Shown: positions 53,034 through 63,228, counted from the stretch's first letter. The stretch is 64,000 bases of DNA from Alphaproteobacteria bacterium (GCA_965237415.1 CBDEFM010000002.1:2752001-2816000); one strand, 5' to 3'. A program made the numbers and translations. The notes: generated from the sequence alone by a model not told the origin.

Positions 53034-53313
53034 GGGGGCGCGGATGCGCCGCACATGGATTTTCGTGTTCACGGTCTGCGACAACGCCGCCGCCGAGGTC
53101 TGCCCCACCTGGCCGGGCCAGCCCATGAGCGCCCACTGGGGCGTGCCCGACCCCGCCGCGGCGACCGGCACGGATGCGGAGATCCGCTACGCGTTCTCCG
53201 AGACCCACCGCATGCTCTATGCCCGCATCTCGATCTTCACGAGCCTCCCGCTCGCCAGCATCAGCCGGCTCGCCCGGCAGGAACGGCTCGACGAGATCGG
53301 ACAGATGACGTAG
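53034..53313 (+). pseudogene. arsC: Arsenate reductase (LMW-PTP type) remnant: N-terminal half missing, frameshifted
   Basis: GADAPHMDF in one frame continues as VFTVCDNAAAEVCP.WPGQP..AHWG.PDPA in another (extra T at ~53060-53063). The catalytic CxxNxxRS motif is absent. Confidence 0.85.
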
Positions 53314-53330
53314 AGGCTTCTTCCACTCGC

Positions 53331-53429
53331 CGTCATGCCCGGACTCGTTCCGGGCATCCATCTTTCTCAGCCGGGTCCGTCGGAGCGTGTGTAAACGCGT
53401 GGATGGCCGGGACAAGCCCGGCCATGACG
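53331..53429. repeat. Alphaproteobacterial REP/RIME-like palindrome pair
   Basis: CGTCATGCCCGGACTCGTTCCGGGCATCCA ... TGGATGGCCGGGACAAGCCCGGCCATGACG; inverted ends, each with an internal hairpin. Confidence 0.85.
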
Positions 53430-53552
53430 TGTTGGGGTGGCGCGCAATTGGATACGAACTTTGGTGACAGAGTGCGAGTTGAATCTTCGTGTTTGGGCTC
53501 CTATATCTGGCTTTAGGGAGGGTGTACGCTCAACAGGAACGGAACGTATCCG

Positions 53553-53804
53553 ATGCCCTCTCGCGCAGCTATTCTCACGAGCCTGGGTCTACCCGATCCG
53601 AAGCCTTTCGAATTTGAACCGCTTCCCAACCGATTCGAGGAACCGAGCATCAAGATCGGCCTCGAAGGCCATGGCGCCGTCGTCGTGAATGTGGATGCCG
53701 CGACGCGCCTCGCCAACGCGATCCGCCCCAAAGTCCCTGACCGGGCAAGTCAGATCGATACCTGTATCGAGCAGGCGGCGCGCTACGCAAGGGACGCATC
53801 CTGA
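53553..53804 (+). CDS. Hypothetical 83-aa protein
   Basis: Natural-looking composition; AGGA upstream. Confidence 0.55.
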   Translation: MPSRAAILTSLGLPDPKPFEFEPLPNRFEEPSIKIGLEGHGAVVVNVDAATRLANAIRPKVPDRASQIDTCIEQAARYARDAS

Positions 53805-53937
53805 GACTTCAGATCAGTCGGCGAGTTCCGTCACCAGGGCGCGCCTCGCCGCATCCGCCGGCGGCTTCTCAAGCCCTCCACTTCCGGTTAAGTTCCCTAA
53901 GCGACCGTCAGGCGTCACTCTATGGTACCACTCACTG

Positions 53938-54450
53938 TCAGCGACATGTGCGAATTCCGTCGGCAACTTTCTCTTGCCAGTCAGGCCCCAACACCTGCCT
54001 CGCATCCAAAGCATTTTGATAGCCAGGATCACCCCTATTCACCATGAAGACCTGCATCTGTGCGCTATTGCGTCCGGACACCACTGTGGTGGGTGGTGTG
54101 TAGGTTTGGAAACTCCCGGACGCAGTTTCTCCGACAATGTTCACAGTTCCGGTAGTGTACGAAGTCGAACCTGGAACTTGGTAGACTTGTACGTTGCTAT
54201 CCGTTCCGACACCACTTAGGAAAAAGCGTTCATAACCCTGCCGCAGCGTTGCGACAGCTGCCATCTGATTTGCAACTCGCAGAGCTCCGTCAGTTCCACA
54301 AATCGGAGCTGCACTGGTCGAAACAACAGCTTGGTTTTTTGCGGTTGGTATTATTTCCGTCCGCGCACAGGCAGTTAACCCAAACATCACGGCCAAAGCA
54401 GCGACAGCGAAGGCGCGCTGTCCCCAGCAGCGTTTATACAAGTTCATCAC
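53938..54450 (-). CDS. Hypothetical lipoprotein
   Basis: Hydrophobic signal ending in lipobox GLTA-C; strong RBS AGAGGAGG. Confidence 0.75.
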   Translation of the reverse strand: MMNLYKRCWGQRAFAVAALAVMFGLTACARTEIIPTAKNQAVVSTSAAPICGTDGALRVANQMAAVATLRQGYERFFLSGVGTDSNVQVYQVPGSTSYTTGTVNIVGETASGSFQTYTPPTTVVSGRNSAQMQVFMVNRGDPGYQNALDARQVLGPDWQEKVADGIRTCR

Positions 54451-54593
54451 GTCCTCCTCTTCCGAATCAACTTTCTGAACGACCGCTCCCCAGTAACTCC
54501 AGCGCGAGCGCTTCGGGCTTGCAGTCCGTTGCCGATATCCGGCGGCCTAGGCAACTGAAGGCGGTCTGCAAATGCCCTCGGGCACCGTGCAGA

Positions 54594-55166
54594 CTAGTTG
54601 CCGACAAAGCTCACACTCTCCCACGTGACTTTGTAAGGCCGGACGGCAACATTGATCACAAGTCGTACCGCATCCTCCTCCCGCTCTACCCCTTCGATCG
54701 GCTCGAGCAACATATCGGAAGTAACCGCTACGCGGGTTATCAGACTGTCATCTTGCAAGAGGATGTAAAACGGATTTTGCTCGGACTTTGGTGTTTCCTT
54801 CCCCAATTCTCGTGGGCTCGCCATGCGTAAGGCATCGAAAAGGGTCTTAAGACGATTGTCAATGTCCGTCCCGACCTTCCCCGGCGGACCCTTGCGAAGC
54901 ATCAGAATGTCCAGCGCGCATATTAGGCCGTTGTCCTCTGTGGCGATCGGCTTCCACATGAATCCGTGCTGCTCAAAAGTGGCCCCCCAACATTTTTCGG
55001 GATCTGGGATGCTTGGTCCTTCGGGATATCCACGCATCAATACTGGATGCTCGTTCCAAAGGACTTTGAGTTGCTTATGGAACTCCTGTCGTATGTCGTG
55101 CACATGTCTTGACCGGCCTCCCTTGTGTGAAAGCAACTTTCCCGCGTAGGTCAGCCGAAATTCCAT
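54594..55166 (-). CDS. RusA-like nuclease-fold hypothetical protein
   Basis: [13 protein letters not shown] and LLQDDSLI resemble RusA DxDNxxKxxxD and DD motifs; RBS GGGAGAG. Confidence 0.7.
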   Translation of the reverse strand: MEFRLTYAGKLLSHKGGRSRHVHDIRQEFHKQLKVLWNEHPVLMRGYPEGPSIPDPEKCWGATFEQHGFMWKPIATEDNGLICALDILMLRKGPPGKVGTDIDNRLKTLFDALRMASPRELGKETPKSEQNPFYILLQDDSLITRVAVTSDMLLEPIEGVEREEDAVRLVINVAVRPYKVTWESVSFVGN

Positions 55167-55377
55167 CTCACTCTCCCTCTGCGCGTCCGGCGAACAGCGG
55201 CCCAGTGGCGCGCATATTATGGGGATGTGCTGTCGAGTCACGCCGCGCCCCGATTACGCCAGCGCCATCGTGGCCCATCACCCCGTCGTAACTCTTCCGC
55301 AACCGACAAGATGGCCAGACCCGCAGCGTCATCGGGCGCGCGACGGCGGCGTCAGCACAGAGTGGTGGCGGACGGGG

Positions 55378-55454
<77 letters not shown>

Positions 55455-55519
55455 TCTCGGCGGACCGCAGGGGCGCACCATAGGCCAGGCCGGGCTGCGC
55501 CGGCAATGGCTGGGGCAGG

Positions 55520-55727
55520 CCTCCCTCCTGACCCTAACCCTCTCCTCCCCAGGGAGGAGAGGGGACGAAGCCGGTGCCGCCTGCGTTCCCCCTCCGCCGC
55601 TCCCGGGCCGTAGGCCCGGACGGCGCGACTGCGCCGCGCGCGTATGCGCGTAGCCAAGCGAGCGGAGCGAGCGCCCGGCGACTGAGGGAAATGAACGAAT
55701 CGGGAGAGGGCCAGGGAGAGGTGGGGG
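55520..55727. repeat. Composite REP-like palindromic region
   Basis: CCCTAACCCTCTCCTCCC-CA-GGGAGGAGAGGG hairpin, distal GGGAGAGGGCCAGGGAGAGG arm, and a multi-hairpin GC-rich segment between them. Confidence 0.65.
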
Positions 55728-55825
55728 CATTTCGCCGCGAGCGTTGTCGGCGACGGACGCGCCCTTGTCGGCGCCGCCCCGTCCGTTATTCTGCCGCCGC
55801 CGTAGGTGCAAGGGAGGGCTGGACG

Positions 55826-56536
55826 ATGGCGTCGATGCTGGTCACCGGTGCGAGCAGAGGGCTCGGCCTCGAGATAGTGCGCCAATTCGTGGAGGACGGC
55901 TGGCGCATCTACGCCTGCTGCCGCAACCCCGACGGGGCGAACGCGCTGGCAGCGCTTGCCGCGGGCTCGGATGGCGCGATCACGCTGCACACCCTCGACG
56001 TGAGCGAGCCTGAGCAGATCGAGGCGCTTGCCGAGGCGTTTCGCGGCACGCCCATCGACATGCTGGTCAACAACGCGGGCCTGCTCGGGTGCACGATCGA
56101 CGAGCAGGGACCGGCCAGCTTCGGCACCATCGACTACGAGGCCTGGGCCGAGGTGCACGAGATCAACACCATGGCGCCGCTCCGCGTCACCGAAGCGTTC
56201 GTGGATCACGTCGCCCAGAGCGAGATGAAGCTGCTCTTCTTCATGTCCACCCACATGAGCAGCATCACCGACCTGGCCGACGGCGGTTTGTATTCCTACC
56301 GGTCGAGCAAGGCGGCGCTCAACCTGCTGGTCAAGGCGCTCTCCATCGATCTCGAGCCGCGCGGGGTGCGCACGATCGCGGTCCATCCCGGCTGGGTGGT
56401 TACCGACATGGGCGGGCCCCAGGCGCCGGTCAACAAGGAGGACAGCATCGCCGGGATTCGCCGGGTGGTGGCGAGCTATGGCGGGGGCCAGACCGGCCGC
56501 TTCTTCCAGTACGACGGCAAGGAGCTGCCCTGGTAG
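55826..56536 (+). CDS. SDR family oxidoreductase (CsgA/C-factor-like)
   Basis: VTGASRGLGL, NNAG, YRSSKAALN, HPGWV.TDMGG, ends in LPW. Confidence 0.92.
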   Translation: MASMLVTGASRGLGLEIVRQFVEDGWRIYACCRNPDGANALAALAAGSDGAITLHTLDVSEPEQIEALAEAFRGTPIDMLVNNAGLLGCTIDEQGPASFGTIDYEAWAEVHEINTMAPLRVTEAFVDHVAQSEMKLLFFMSTHMSSITDLADGGLYSYRSSKAALNLLVKALSIDLEPRGVRTIAVHPGWVVTDMGGPQAPVNKEDSIAGIRRVVASYGGGQTGRFFQYDGKELPW

Positions 56537-56577
56537 CAGCCCGCCCGCGAGAATCCGAGACAGGGGAGTATGGAGCG

Positions 56578-57885
56578 ATGGCCGTGGACCTGGCTCAGGC
56601 CGCGAAACAGAAGAAGATTCGCTATTTCCTGATCAGCTTCGTGGACCTGTTCGGCGTGCTCCGGGCCAAGCTCGTGCCAGCCGAGGCGATCGCGGGCATG
56701 CAGGAGGACGGCGCCGGCTTCGCCGCCTTCGCTGCCTGGCTCGACAGCAACCCCGCCGAGCCCGACATGCTGGTCAAGCCGGACCCCGCGACCCTGATCC
56801 AGCTGCCGTGGAAGCCGGAGGTCGGCTGGCTCGCCGGCGACTGCTGGATGAACGGCGAGCCGATGCCGGACACGCCCCGCCTCAAGCTCAAGAGCAAGCT
56901 CGACGAGGCGAAGAAGAAGGGCTACCGGGTCAAGACCGGCGTCGAGGCGGAGTATTTTCTCGTGAGCGCGGACGGCACCGCGATCTCCGACCCGCTCGAT
57001 ACCCAGGCCAAGCCCTGCTACGACCAGGCGGCCCTGATGCGCCGCTACGACGTCGTCTCGGAGATCTGCGACGCCATGCTGAGCCTCGGCTGGGGCCCCT
57101 ATCAGAACGACCACGAGGACGCCAACGGCCAGTTCGAGATGAACTGGGACTATGACGACGCGCTGATCACCGCCGACCGCCACGTCTTCTTCAAGTACAT
57201 GGTCAAGTCGCTGGCCGAGAAGCACGGTCTCCGGGCCACGTTCATGCCGAAGCCATTCTCCAACCTGACCGGCAACGGCTGCCACGCCCATGTCTCGATC
57301 TGGAACAATTCCGGCAAGAAGAACCTCTTCCACGATGCGAAGGGCGAGCTCGGCATATCTCAGCTCGGCTACCAGTTCCTCGGCGGCATCATCCACCGCG
57401 CGCCGGCGCTCTGTGCGATCTGGAATCCCACCGTCAACAGCTACAAGCGGATCAACGCGCCGGTCACCCTCTCCGGCGCCACCTGGTCGCCCAATCTGGT
57501 GGCCTACGGCGGCAACAACCGCTCGACCATGGTGCGTATTCCGGACGCGGGGCGCTTCGAGCTCAGGCTGATGGATGGCGCTGCGAACCCCTATCTGATG
57601 CAGGCGGGTGTCGTCGTCGCCGGGCTCGACGGCATCGAGAACGCGCTCGACCCCGGCGCGCGCACCGATCTCAACCTCTATGCCGAGGGCCACAAGCTGC
57701 GCGGCGCCCGCAGGCTGCCGCTCAACCTGCTCGACGCACTCAGGCTCTTCGAGAAGGACAAGGTCGTGCGCGCGGGATTTGGCGAGGGCTTCGTCAAGAG
57801 CTACGTCAAGCTCAAGACGAGCGAGTGGAACGAGTACGCAGGCACGATCTCGGATTGGGAGCGCAGCAGCACCCTCGATTGTTAG
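56578..57885 (+). CDS. glnT: Type III glutamate-ammonia ligase / gamma-glutamylmethylamide synthetase (GlnT/GmaS)
   Basis: RYFLISFVDLFGVLRAKLVPA, KPCYDQ.ALMR, YQNDHEDANGQFEMNW, SGATWSP, RFELRL.DGAANPY. Confidence 0.9.
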   Translation: MAVDLAQAAKQKKIRYFLISFVDLFGVLRAKLVPAEAIAGMQEDGAGFAAFAAWLDSNPAEPDMLVKPDPATLIQLPWKPEVGWLAGDCWMNGEPMPDTPRLKLKSKLDEAKKKGYRVKTGVEAEYFLVSADGTAISDPLDTQAKPCYDQAALMRRYDVVSEICDAMLSLGWGPYQNDHEDANGQFEMNWDYDDALITADRHVFFKYMVKSLAEKHGLRATFMPKPFSNLTGNGCHAHVSIWNNSGKKNLFHDAKGELGISQLGYQFLGGIIHRAPALCAIWNPTVNSYKRINAPVTLSGATWSPNLVAYGGNNRSTMVRIPDAGRFELRLMDGAANPYLMQAGVVVAGLDGIENALDPGARTDLNLYAEGHKLRGARRLPLNLLDALRLFEKDKVVRAGFGEGFVKSYVKLKTSEWNEYAGTISDWERSSTLDC

Positions 57886-57915
57886 AGCGAGTCCGTCTTC
57901 GACGGACTCGCTCTA
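57883..57915. repeat. Perfect 15-bp inverted repeat overlapping the glnT stop codon
   Basis: TAGAGCGAGTCCGTC-TTC-GACGGACTCGCTCTA; no U-tract; contains GANTC in both arms. Confidence 0.8.
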
Positions 57916-57952
57916 GGAGCCTGCGCCGCAGAACGCTTTTGGGCACCTTCAG

Positions 57953-58001
57953 ACACCATAGGTAGTAGTAAAGAATGATCTGATTCCACTACATATAGTA
58001 G
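57953..58001. promoter_or_regulatory. Tandem NrdR-box-like sites
   Basis: ACACCATAGGTAGTAG (57953) and CCACTACATATAGTAG (57986), compared with consensus acaCwAtATaTwGtgt. Confidence 0.5.
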
Positions 58002-58114
58002 GCAATTTCCCACGGCGCAGGCTCCTAGGCCGCGGTCGCGGCCCGCCGCGAATGCGGCGCGCCCGCGCAGGCGCCGGCCGAAGGCCGGCTGCCGTGAGCG
58101 ACATAGTCGGTGGC

Positions 58115-58199
<85 letters not shown>

Positions 58200-58519
58200 A
58201 CGTGCGCCAGCCGCGGGACCCCTCATAGCGCGAGAGCGCGTGCAAGGCCACCGCGGTTGATAGCGTTCTTAACGCACAGGACCATGGTGCCGTGCACGGC
58301 GCGCGGCTCAAGCGCCAGGATCGCGCTATGAAAGGTGAGAGCGAAACGGCCACGGCAGGCGAAGTGAGCGAGCGTGCGCGATCCTATCCCGCGCGCGTGA
58401 CCTCATATCCCGCGCGCACGACCCTTCGGGCCTGCGCGGCTCAGGCACGCGTGAAATTATCCGATGCGCGTGACCTTGCAGGCATGCGCGACGCGGGCGC
58501 GCGCGACACCATCCCGCGG

Positions 58520-58634
58520 AATCCCTCTTAATCCCTCTTAATCCCACTTAATCCCACTTATCCCACTTATCCCACTTATCCCACTTATCCCACTTAATCC
58601 CACTTATCCCACTTAATCCCGGCAAATCCCGGAT
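58520..58634. repeat. Tandem array of 12 units of 9/10 bp, (A)ATCCC(A/T)CTT
   Basis: 2x AATCCCTCTT, 2x AATCCCACTT, 4x ATCCCACTT, AATCCCACTT, ATCCCACTT, AATCCCGGCA, AATCCCGGAT. Confidence 0.95.
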
Positions 58635-58698
58635 AGGAATTAAGTGTGGTCCGAGTGGGACGGCGGAGCCGGGCCGCGACCGTGGCGAGAGAAGCGGG

Positions 58699-60261
58699 CT
58701 AACCGCCCGTTTCGAGAGAGAGCGTGCAGTCGAGCGCCCGCGCGAGCGCCTCGGCCGCCGACTGGGCCTTGCCCGATGCGAGCGGCCGGTGCCGAGCCGT
58801 GAGCCTCAGCACGAGGCGGCCGTCCTCTGCCGCGAGCTCGGATCCGTCGAGCACCGCCGGCTCCCCGCAAGAGAGCCGCTCGGCAAGCCTGAGCGTGAGC
58901 CCCAGCGCGCGGGCCTCGGCCTGCGCCGCCCGGGGCAGCAGCCGGTGCACGGCGCGATCCGCTTCGGCCGGCAGGCTCGACTTGTAGCGCGTGGCGACAG
59001 CAAGCGCGAGGAACACCCGGCCTGGATGGTCGATGCCGACGAAAGGCGCGCGGGAGATGCGCGCGAACGCGTCGGCCGCGCGGAGGTCCGGATGCTGGCG
59101 CCAGGCGATCTCGGAGAGGAAGGCCGCCGCCGGAAGCATGCTCCGATGCGCATCGAAAGCCGGAAGCGTCGCCCGCGCCAGCCATGACTCGAGCGCCTCG
59201 GCATAGGCGAGAGAGCGGCCATCCCGCCGGGCGATCGCCCGGCACGCGTCGTGGAGCGGATCGAGCGCACGGACCGCCGGCGGCAGCCTGTCGAAGAGCA
59301 GCCCCTCGCGCAGACCGAAGGCCGAGAACAGCACGTCGCTCGGCCGGGCGATCTTCAGCAACGCGATCAGAACCGCAGCGCCGCTCGGCACGGTCGCAAG
59401 CCGCCTGGGCCACATGCCTTCCGGCCCCGGCCGCAGCGTACTGGGATCGGCGTCGGCGAACTCTCCGGCGACCCTGCGGGCCTCGGCCGCCGCCATGCGA
59501 TAGTGATGGACGACGGCGATGGGATATTGCTCAGCGGCCATGTGGAGCCGGGCCAGCGCCCGCCACGCACCGCCGACGAGATAGACAGGCTCGCCCCGCA
59601 CCCGATCGAGCCAGGGCAGCGTTTCCAGCCGTTCCGCCGCGAGCGCGGTGCGGCGCCCGGGCTTGAGGCTGCCGAGGCGGAGCACGCCGAGCGGGAGAGT
59701 CGCGTGCTCGGCGAGCCGCCCCTGCTCGAGGCGCACCAGTTCCAGGCTGCCGCCGCCCAGGTCCGCCATCAGCCCGCTCGCCCCCGGGAAGGCCGAGACC
59801 ACGCCGAGAGCCGCATAGCGGGCCTCTTCCTCGCCCGAGAGGACCCTGAGCGAGAATCCGGTCTCGCGGGCCGCTGCCGTGCGGAAGCGCTCGCCGTCGC
59901 GCGCTTCGCGCACCGCCGCCGTCGTCACCGCGTCGAGCGGGGCCACCCCGAGTGCCGTTGCGGCCGCGGAGAACCGGCGCAGCGCATCGAGCGCGGGTTC
60001 CACCGCCTCGGGCGCGAGCGCCCCGGTCTCGGCAAGGGTGGCGCCGAGGCCGCACAGCTCGCGCTCGTTGAAGATGGGTGCCGGTGCCCGGTTGAGCCCC
60101 TCGAACACCACGAGGCGGATCGAGTTCGAGCCGACGTCGAGCACACCGTAAGGTGCGTCGGCTGCCGCATCGGCGCGCGCGCTGGCCAGGAAGCGCTCGG
60201 ACTCGACCGCGAGCGTCGCCGGGTCGGCCGCGAGTTGGGACGCGCCCTGCTGTTGCGTCAC
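58699..60261 (-). CDS. ppx: Exopolyphosphatase (Ppx/GppA)
   Basis: [37 protein letters not shown]. Confidence 0.95.
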   Translation of the reverse strand: MTQQQGASQLAADPATLAVESERFLASARADAAADAPYGVLDVGSNSIRLVVFEGLNRAPAPIFNERELCGLGATLAETGALAPEAVEPALDALRRFSAAATALGVAPLDAVTTAAVREARDGERFRTAAARETGFSLRVLSGEEEARYAALGVVSAFPGASGLMADLGGGSLELVRLEQGRLAEHATLPLGVLRLGSLKPGRRTALAAERLETLPWLDRVRGEPVYLVGGAWRALARLHMAAEQYPIAVVHHYRMAAAEARRVAGEFADADPSTLRPGPEGMWPRRLATVPSGAAVLIALLKIARPSDVLFSAFGLREGLLFDRLPPAVRALDPLHDACRAIARRDGRSLAYAEALESWLARATLPAFDAHRSMLPAAAFLSEIAWRQHPDLRAADAFARISRAPFVGIDHPGRVFLALAVATRYKSSLPAEADRAVHRLLPRAAQAEARALGLTLRLAERLSCGEPAVLDGSELAAEDGRLVLRLTARHRPLASGKAQSAAEALARALDCTLSLETGG

Positions 60262-62420
60262 GCGTCGGGCGGGTTATCGCCGCCAGAGTCCGCCACGGCG
60301 AGCAGCGGCTCTCGCCGTGCCTTGCCGCGGCCGGAGAGCGACGGGTTGGTCATGAAGAAGCGGTGGGCGTTGAAAGGCTCGCCGTCCGGGCTCAGGCGGG
60401 AGAAGGCGCCATCAGTATCAAGCGTCCAGCTCTGTTCGTTGTCCCTCAGGTTCGCGGTCATGATCTCATCGAGGATTTGCTCGTGAACCGTCGGATTCTC
60501 GATCGGCACCATGATCTCGACCCGCCTGTCGAAATTGCGCCCCATCCAGTCGGCGGAAGAAATGAACACCTTGGCGTTGGGCGAGGGCAGGCCGTGGCCC
60601 GCGCCGAAGCACATGATACGCGAGTGTTCGAGGAAGCGCCCGACGATGCTCTTCACCCGGATGTTTTCCGAGAGGCCCGGCACACCCGGCCTGAGGCAGC
60701 AGATGCCGCGTACCACCAGGTCGATGGAGACCCCGGCGGCGGAGGCGGCGTAAAGTGCCTCGATCACATCGGGGTCCACCAAAGAGTTGAGCTTCACCCA
60801 GATCGCCGCGGGCCGGCCGGCGAGCGCGTGGGCGGTCTCCGCCTCGATCAGCTCGTGGATGGCGCTGCGCATGCCGAGCGGTGCCACCGCGATCTTCTCG
60901 TAGCGCTCAGGCGCCGCGCCTCCCGTGAGATAGTTGAAGAGCAGCGCCGCATCGCGGCAGAGCGCCGGCTCGCAGGTGAAGAACGAGAGGTCCGTGTAGA
61001 TCGCCGCGGTGATCGGATGATAGTTGCCGGTGCCGTAGTGCACGTAGCTGCGCAGGCCGTCGGCTTCTCGGCGGGCCACCAGGGATGCCTTGGCATGGGT
61101 CTTCAGGTCCATGAAGCCGTAGACCACCTGAGCGCCGGCGCGCTCCAGGTCCCGCGCCCGGCGGATGTTCGCCGCCTCGTCGAACCGCGCCTTGAGCTCG
61201 ACCAGCGCGGTGACCGACTTCCCTGCCTCCGCCGCCTCGACCAGCGTGCTGACGATGGGCGAATCGTTGCTGGTGCGATAGAGCGTCTGCTTGATCGCGA
61301 TCACGTCCGGGTCCCGCGCCGCCTGGCGCAAGAACTGAACGACGACGTCGAAGCTCTCGTAGGGGTGATGAACGAGGATGTCCTTGGCCTTGATCGCGGC
61401 AAAGCAATCGCCGCCGAAATCCCGGATCCGCTCGGGAAAGCGCGCACGGTAGGGCGTAAATTCGAGGTCGGCCCTGCCGCACTTGATGAGCATCGCCGTG
61501 TCCGCGAGACCCAGAATTCCACCGACCTTCACGACATCGCGCGGCGCGACCCCGAGCTTGTCGGCCAGGAATTCCAGCATGCGGGCGGGCATCGCCGCGT
61601 TCACCTCGAGCCGGATGACGCTGCCGCGACGCCGCCTCTTCAGCGCGCTCTCGAACGAGCGCACCAGGTCCTCCGCCTCTTCCTCCAGCTCGATGTCGCT
61701 GTCGCGGACGATCCGGAACAGGCCCACCGCGCGCGGTGCGAAGCCGGGGAACAGCCGGTCGAGATAGAGCTCGACCACGTCTTCGAGCGCGATGAAGCGA
61801 ACCTCGCCCCGCTCGCCCTCGGGCAGGCGGATGAAGCGTTCCACCTGGCTGGGGACGCGCACAAGCGACGGGACCAGGCGCCGCGTGCCGCGCTCGACCA
61901 GCTCCAGCGCTAGGCTGAAACCGAGGTTGGGAATGAACGGGAACGGATGGGCCGGGTCGATCGCAAGCGGCGTCAGGACCGGAAAGAGGCGATCGATGAA
62001 GTAGCCGTCGAGCCATTGCCGCTCGTCATCGTGGAGCCGCTCGGGAGACACGATGGCAATGCCCGCGTCGGCGAGCTCGGCGACCAGCCCAATCCAACGC
62101 TCCTGCTGCTGCACCATGAGCCCGTTGGCGCGCTCGTTGACGGCGCGAATCTGCGCTGCGGGGCTCAGGCCATCCTGCGAGAATTCGACGATGCCCGCCT
62201 CGACCTGACCATGCAGGCCGGCGACGCGGACCATGTAGAACTCGTCGAGGTTCGATGCCGAGATCGAGAGAAAGCGCAGGCGCTCCAGCGGCGGGTGGTT
62301 GAGGTTCTCGGCCTCCTCCATCACCCGCGCGTTGAAGGCGAGCCAGCTCAGCTCGCGATTGATGAACTTGTCGGCCGGCGCGAAGCTCTCCGCCTCGGCG
62401 GCCCGCTTGGCCTTGGCCAT
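60258..62420 (-). CDS. ppk: Polyphosphate kinase 1
   Basis: [50 protein letters not shown]. Confidence 0.97.
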   Translation of the reverse strand: MAKAKRAAEAESFAPADKFINRELSWLAFNARVMEEAENLNHPPLERLRFLSISASNLDEFYMVRVAGLHGQVEAGIVEFSQDGLSPAAQIRAVNERANGLMVQQQERWIGLVAELADAGIAIVSPERLHDDERQWLDGYFIDRLFPVLTPLAIDPAHPFPFIPNLGFSLALELVERGTRRLVPSLVRVPSQVERFIRLPEGERGEVRFIALEDVVELYLDRLFPGFAPRAVGLFRIVRDSDIELEEEAEDLVRSFESALKRRRRGSVIRLEVNAAMPARMLEFLADKLGVAPRDVVKVGGILGLADTAMLIKCGRADLEFTPYRARFPERIRDFGGDCFAAIKAKDILVHHPYESFDVVVQFLRQAARDPDVIAIKQTLYRTSNDSPIVSTLVEAAEAGKSVTALVELKARFDEAANIRRARDLERAGAQVVYGFMDLKTHAKASLVARREADGLRSYVHYGTGNYHPITAAIYTDLSFFTCEPALCRDAALLFNYLTGGAAPERYEKIAVAPLGMRSAIHELIEAETAHALAGRPAAIWVKLNSLVDPDVIEALYAASAAGVSIDLVVRGICCLRPGVPGLSENIRVKSIVGRFLEHSRIMCFGAGHGLPSPNAKVFISSADWMGRNFDRRVEIMVPIENPTVHEQILDEIMTANLRDNEQSWTLDTDGAFSRLSPDGEPFNAHRFFMTNPSLSGRGKARREPLLAVADSGGDNPPDA

Positions 62421-62523
62421 TCGGCTGCTCCCGCGCCCCCTCTCTCGGTTTGATTCGCGATTGTCTACAATACGGCTATTGTCGCGGCCAGACAAAAGCG
62501 CGACGGGCCGCGCGCCCTGCGGA

Positions 62524-63228
62524 TCAGGACTCCGGCGGCGTGTCGTACCCACTCTCGCCGAGGGCGAGCACCGCGCGTACGAGCGGCACGGTAACCGGCC
62601 TTCCCTCGGCGAGCGCCGCGCGGTCCAGGCGTTCCACGAGGCTGGCTGCGGCCTCGAAGGTCCGCTCGATGCGCGGCACGACATAGGCCGGCACCTCGGG
62701 CGCCACCGCGATCTGCCTATCCGCGAACAGCTTGAGCATGAGGGCGGCGAGCAGCGCATCGTCCGGCAGGCCGAGCGCCACCGACGGCGCGACTCGAAGC
62801 CTGGAGACGAGATCGGGGAGCGCGAGCGGCCAGCGCGCCGGCGGGGTCAAGGCGGTGAGCAGCAGATGGCCGCCCCGCTCAGCGACGCTGTTGTACGTGT
62901 GCAGGAGGGCGCGCTCGTCGACCGGCCCGCCCAGCCCGTCTAAGACCAGCGCCGCGGCTGCTTGCCCGCCGCCGGGCGCGGCGTGGGCGAGGGACGCCGC
63001 ATCGACCACCTCGGCGCCGCTGCGACGCCGCCACACCTCAGCCAGATGGCTCTTGCCCGAACCCGGCGGGCCGTGGATCACGAGCGCAGGCCCCGGCCAG
63101 CCCGGCCAGCGGTCGAGCCAGGCGACCGCCGCCTCGTTGCAGGGCGCGACGAGGAAATCCTCGCGCCCGAGCGCCGGGCGGACGCCCCAGTCGAAGGTGC
63201 GCTGCCGCCCGAGATTAGCATCGGCCAT
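62524..63228 (-). CDS. hdaA: DnaA regulatory inactivator Hda/HdaA
   Basis: N-terminal clamp-binding-like QRTFD; [10 protein letters not shown]; LPDLVSRL; RIERTF. Confidence 0.9.
   Translation of the reverse strand: MADANLGRQRTFDWGVRPALGREDFLVAPCNEAAVAWLDRWPGWPGPALVIHGPPGSGKSHLAEVWRRRSGAEVVDAASLAHAAPGGGQAAAALVLDGLGGPVDERALLHTYNSVAERGGHLLLTALTPPARWPLALPDLVSRLRVAPSVALGLPDDALLAALMLKLFADRQIAVAPEVPAYVVPRIERTFEAAASLVERLDRAALAEGRPVTVPLVRAVLALGESGYDTPPES

Larger units (their letters stand above)
53434..55377. mobile_element. Small low-GC islet at the 3' end of tRNA-Arg
   Basis: Visibly more AT-rich than the flanks; three hypothetical ORFs; degenerate tRNA-3'-end-like sequence at 53434-53468; no integrase. 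Confidence 0.6.

Noticed and set aside
53814-54830. Extra islet ORFs 53814-54032, 53689-54219 and 54249-54830
   Set aside because: They overlap better-supported ORFs that have an RBS and motifs.
58528-58551. CtrA boxes in the tandem array
   Set aside because: Spacing is TTAA-N6-TTAA, not the required N7.
58380-58634. CRISPR array
   Set aside because: Units are 9-21 bp with no unique spacers, and there are no cas genes.
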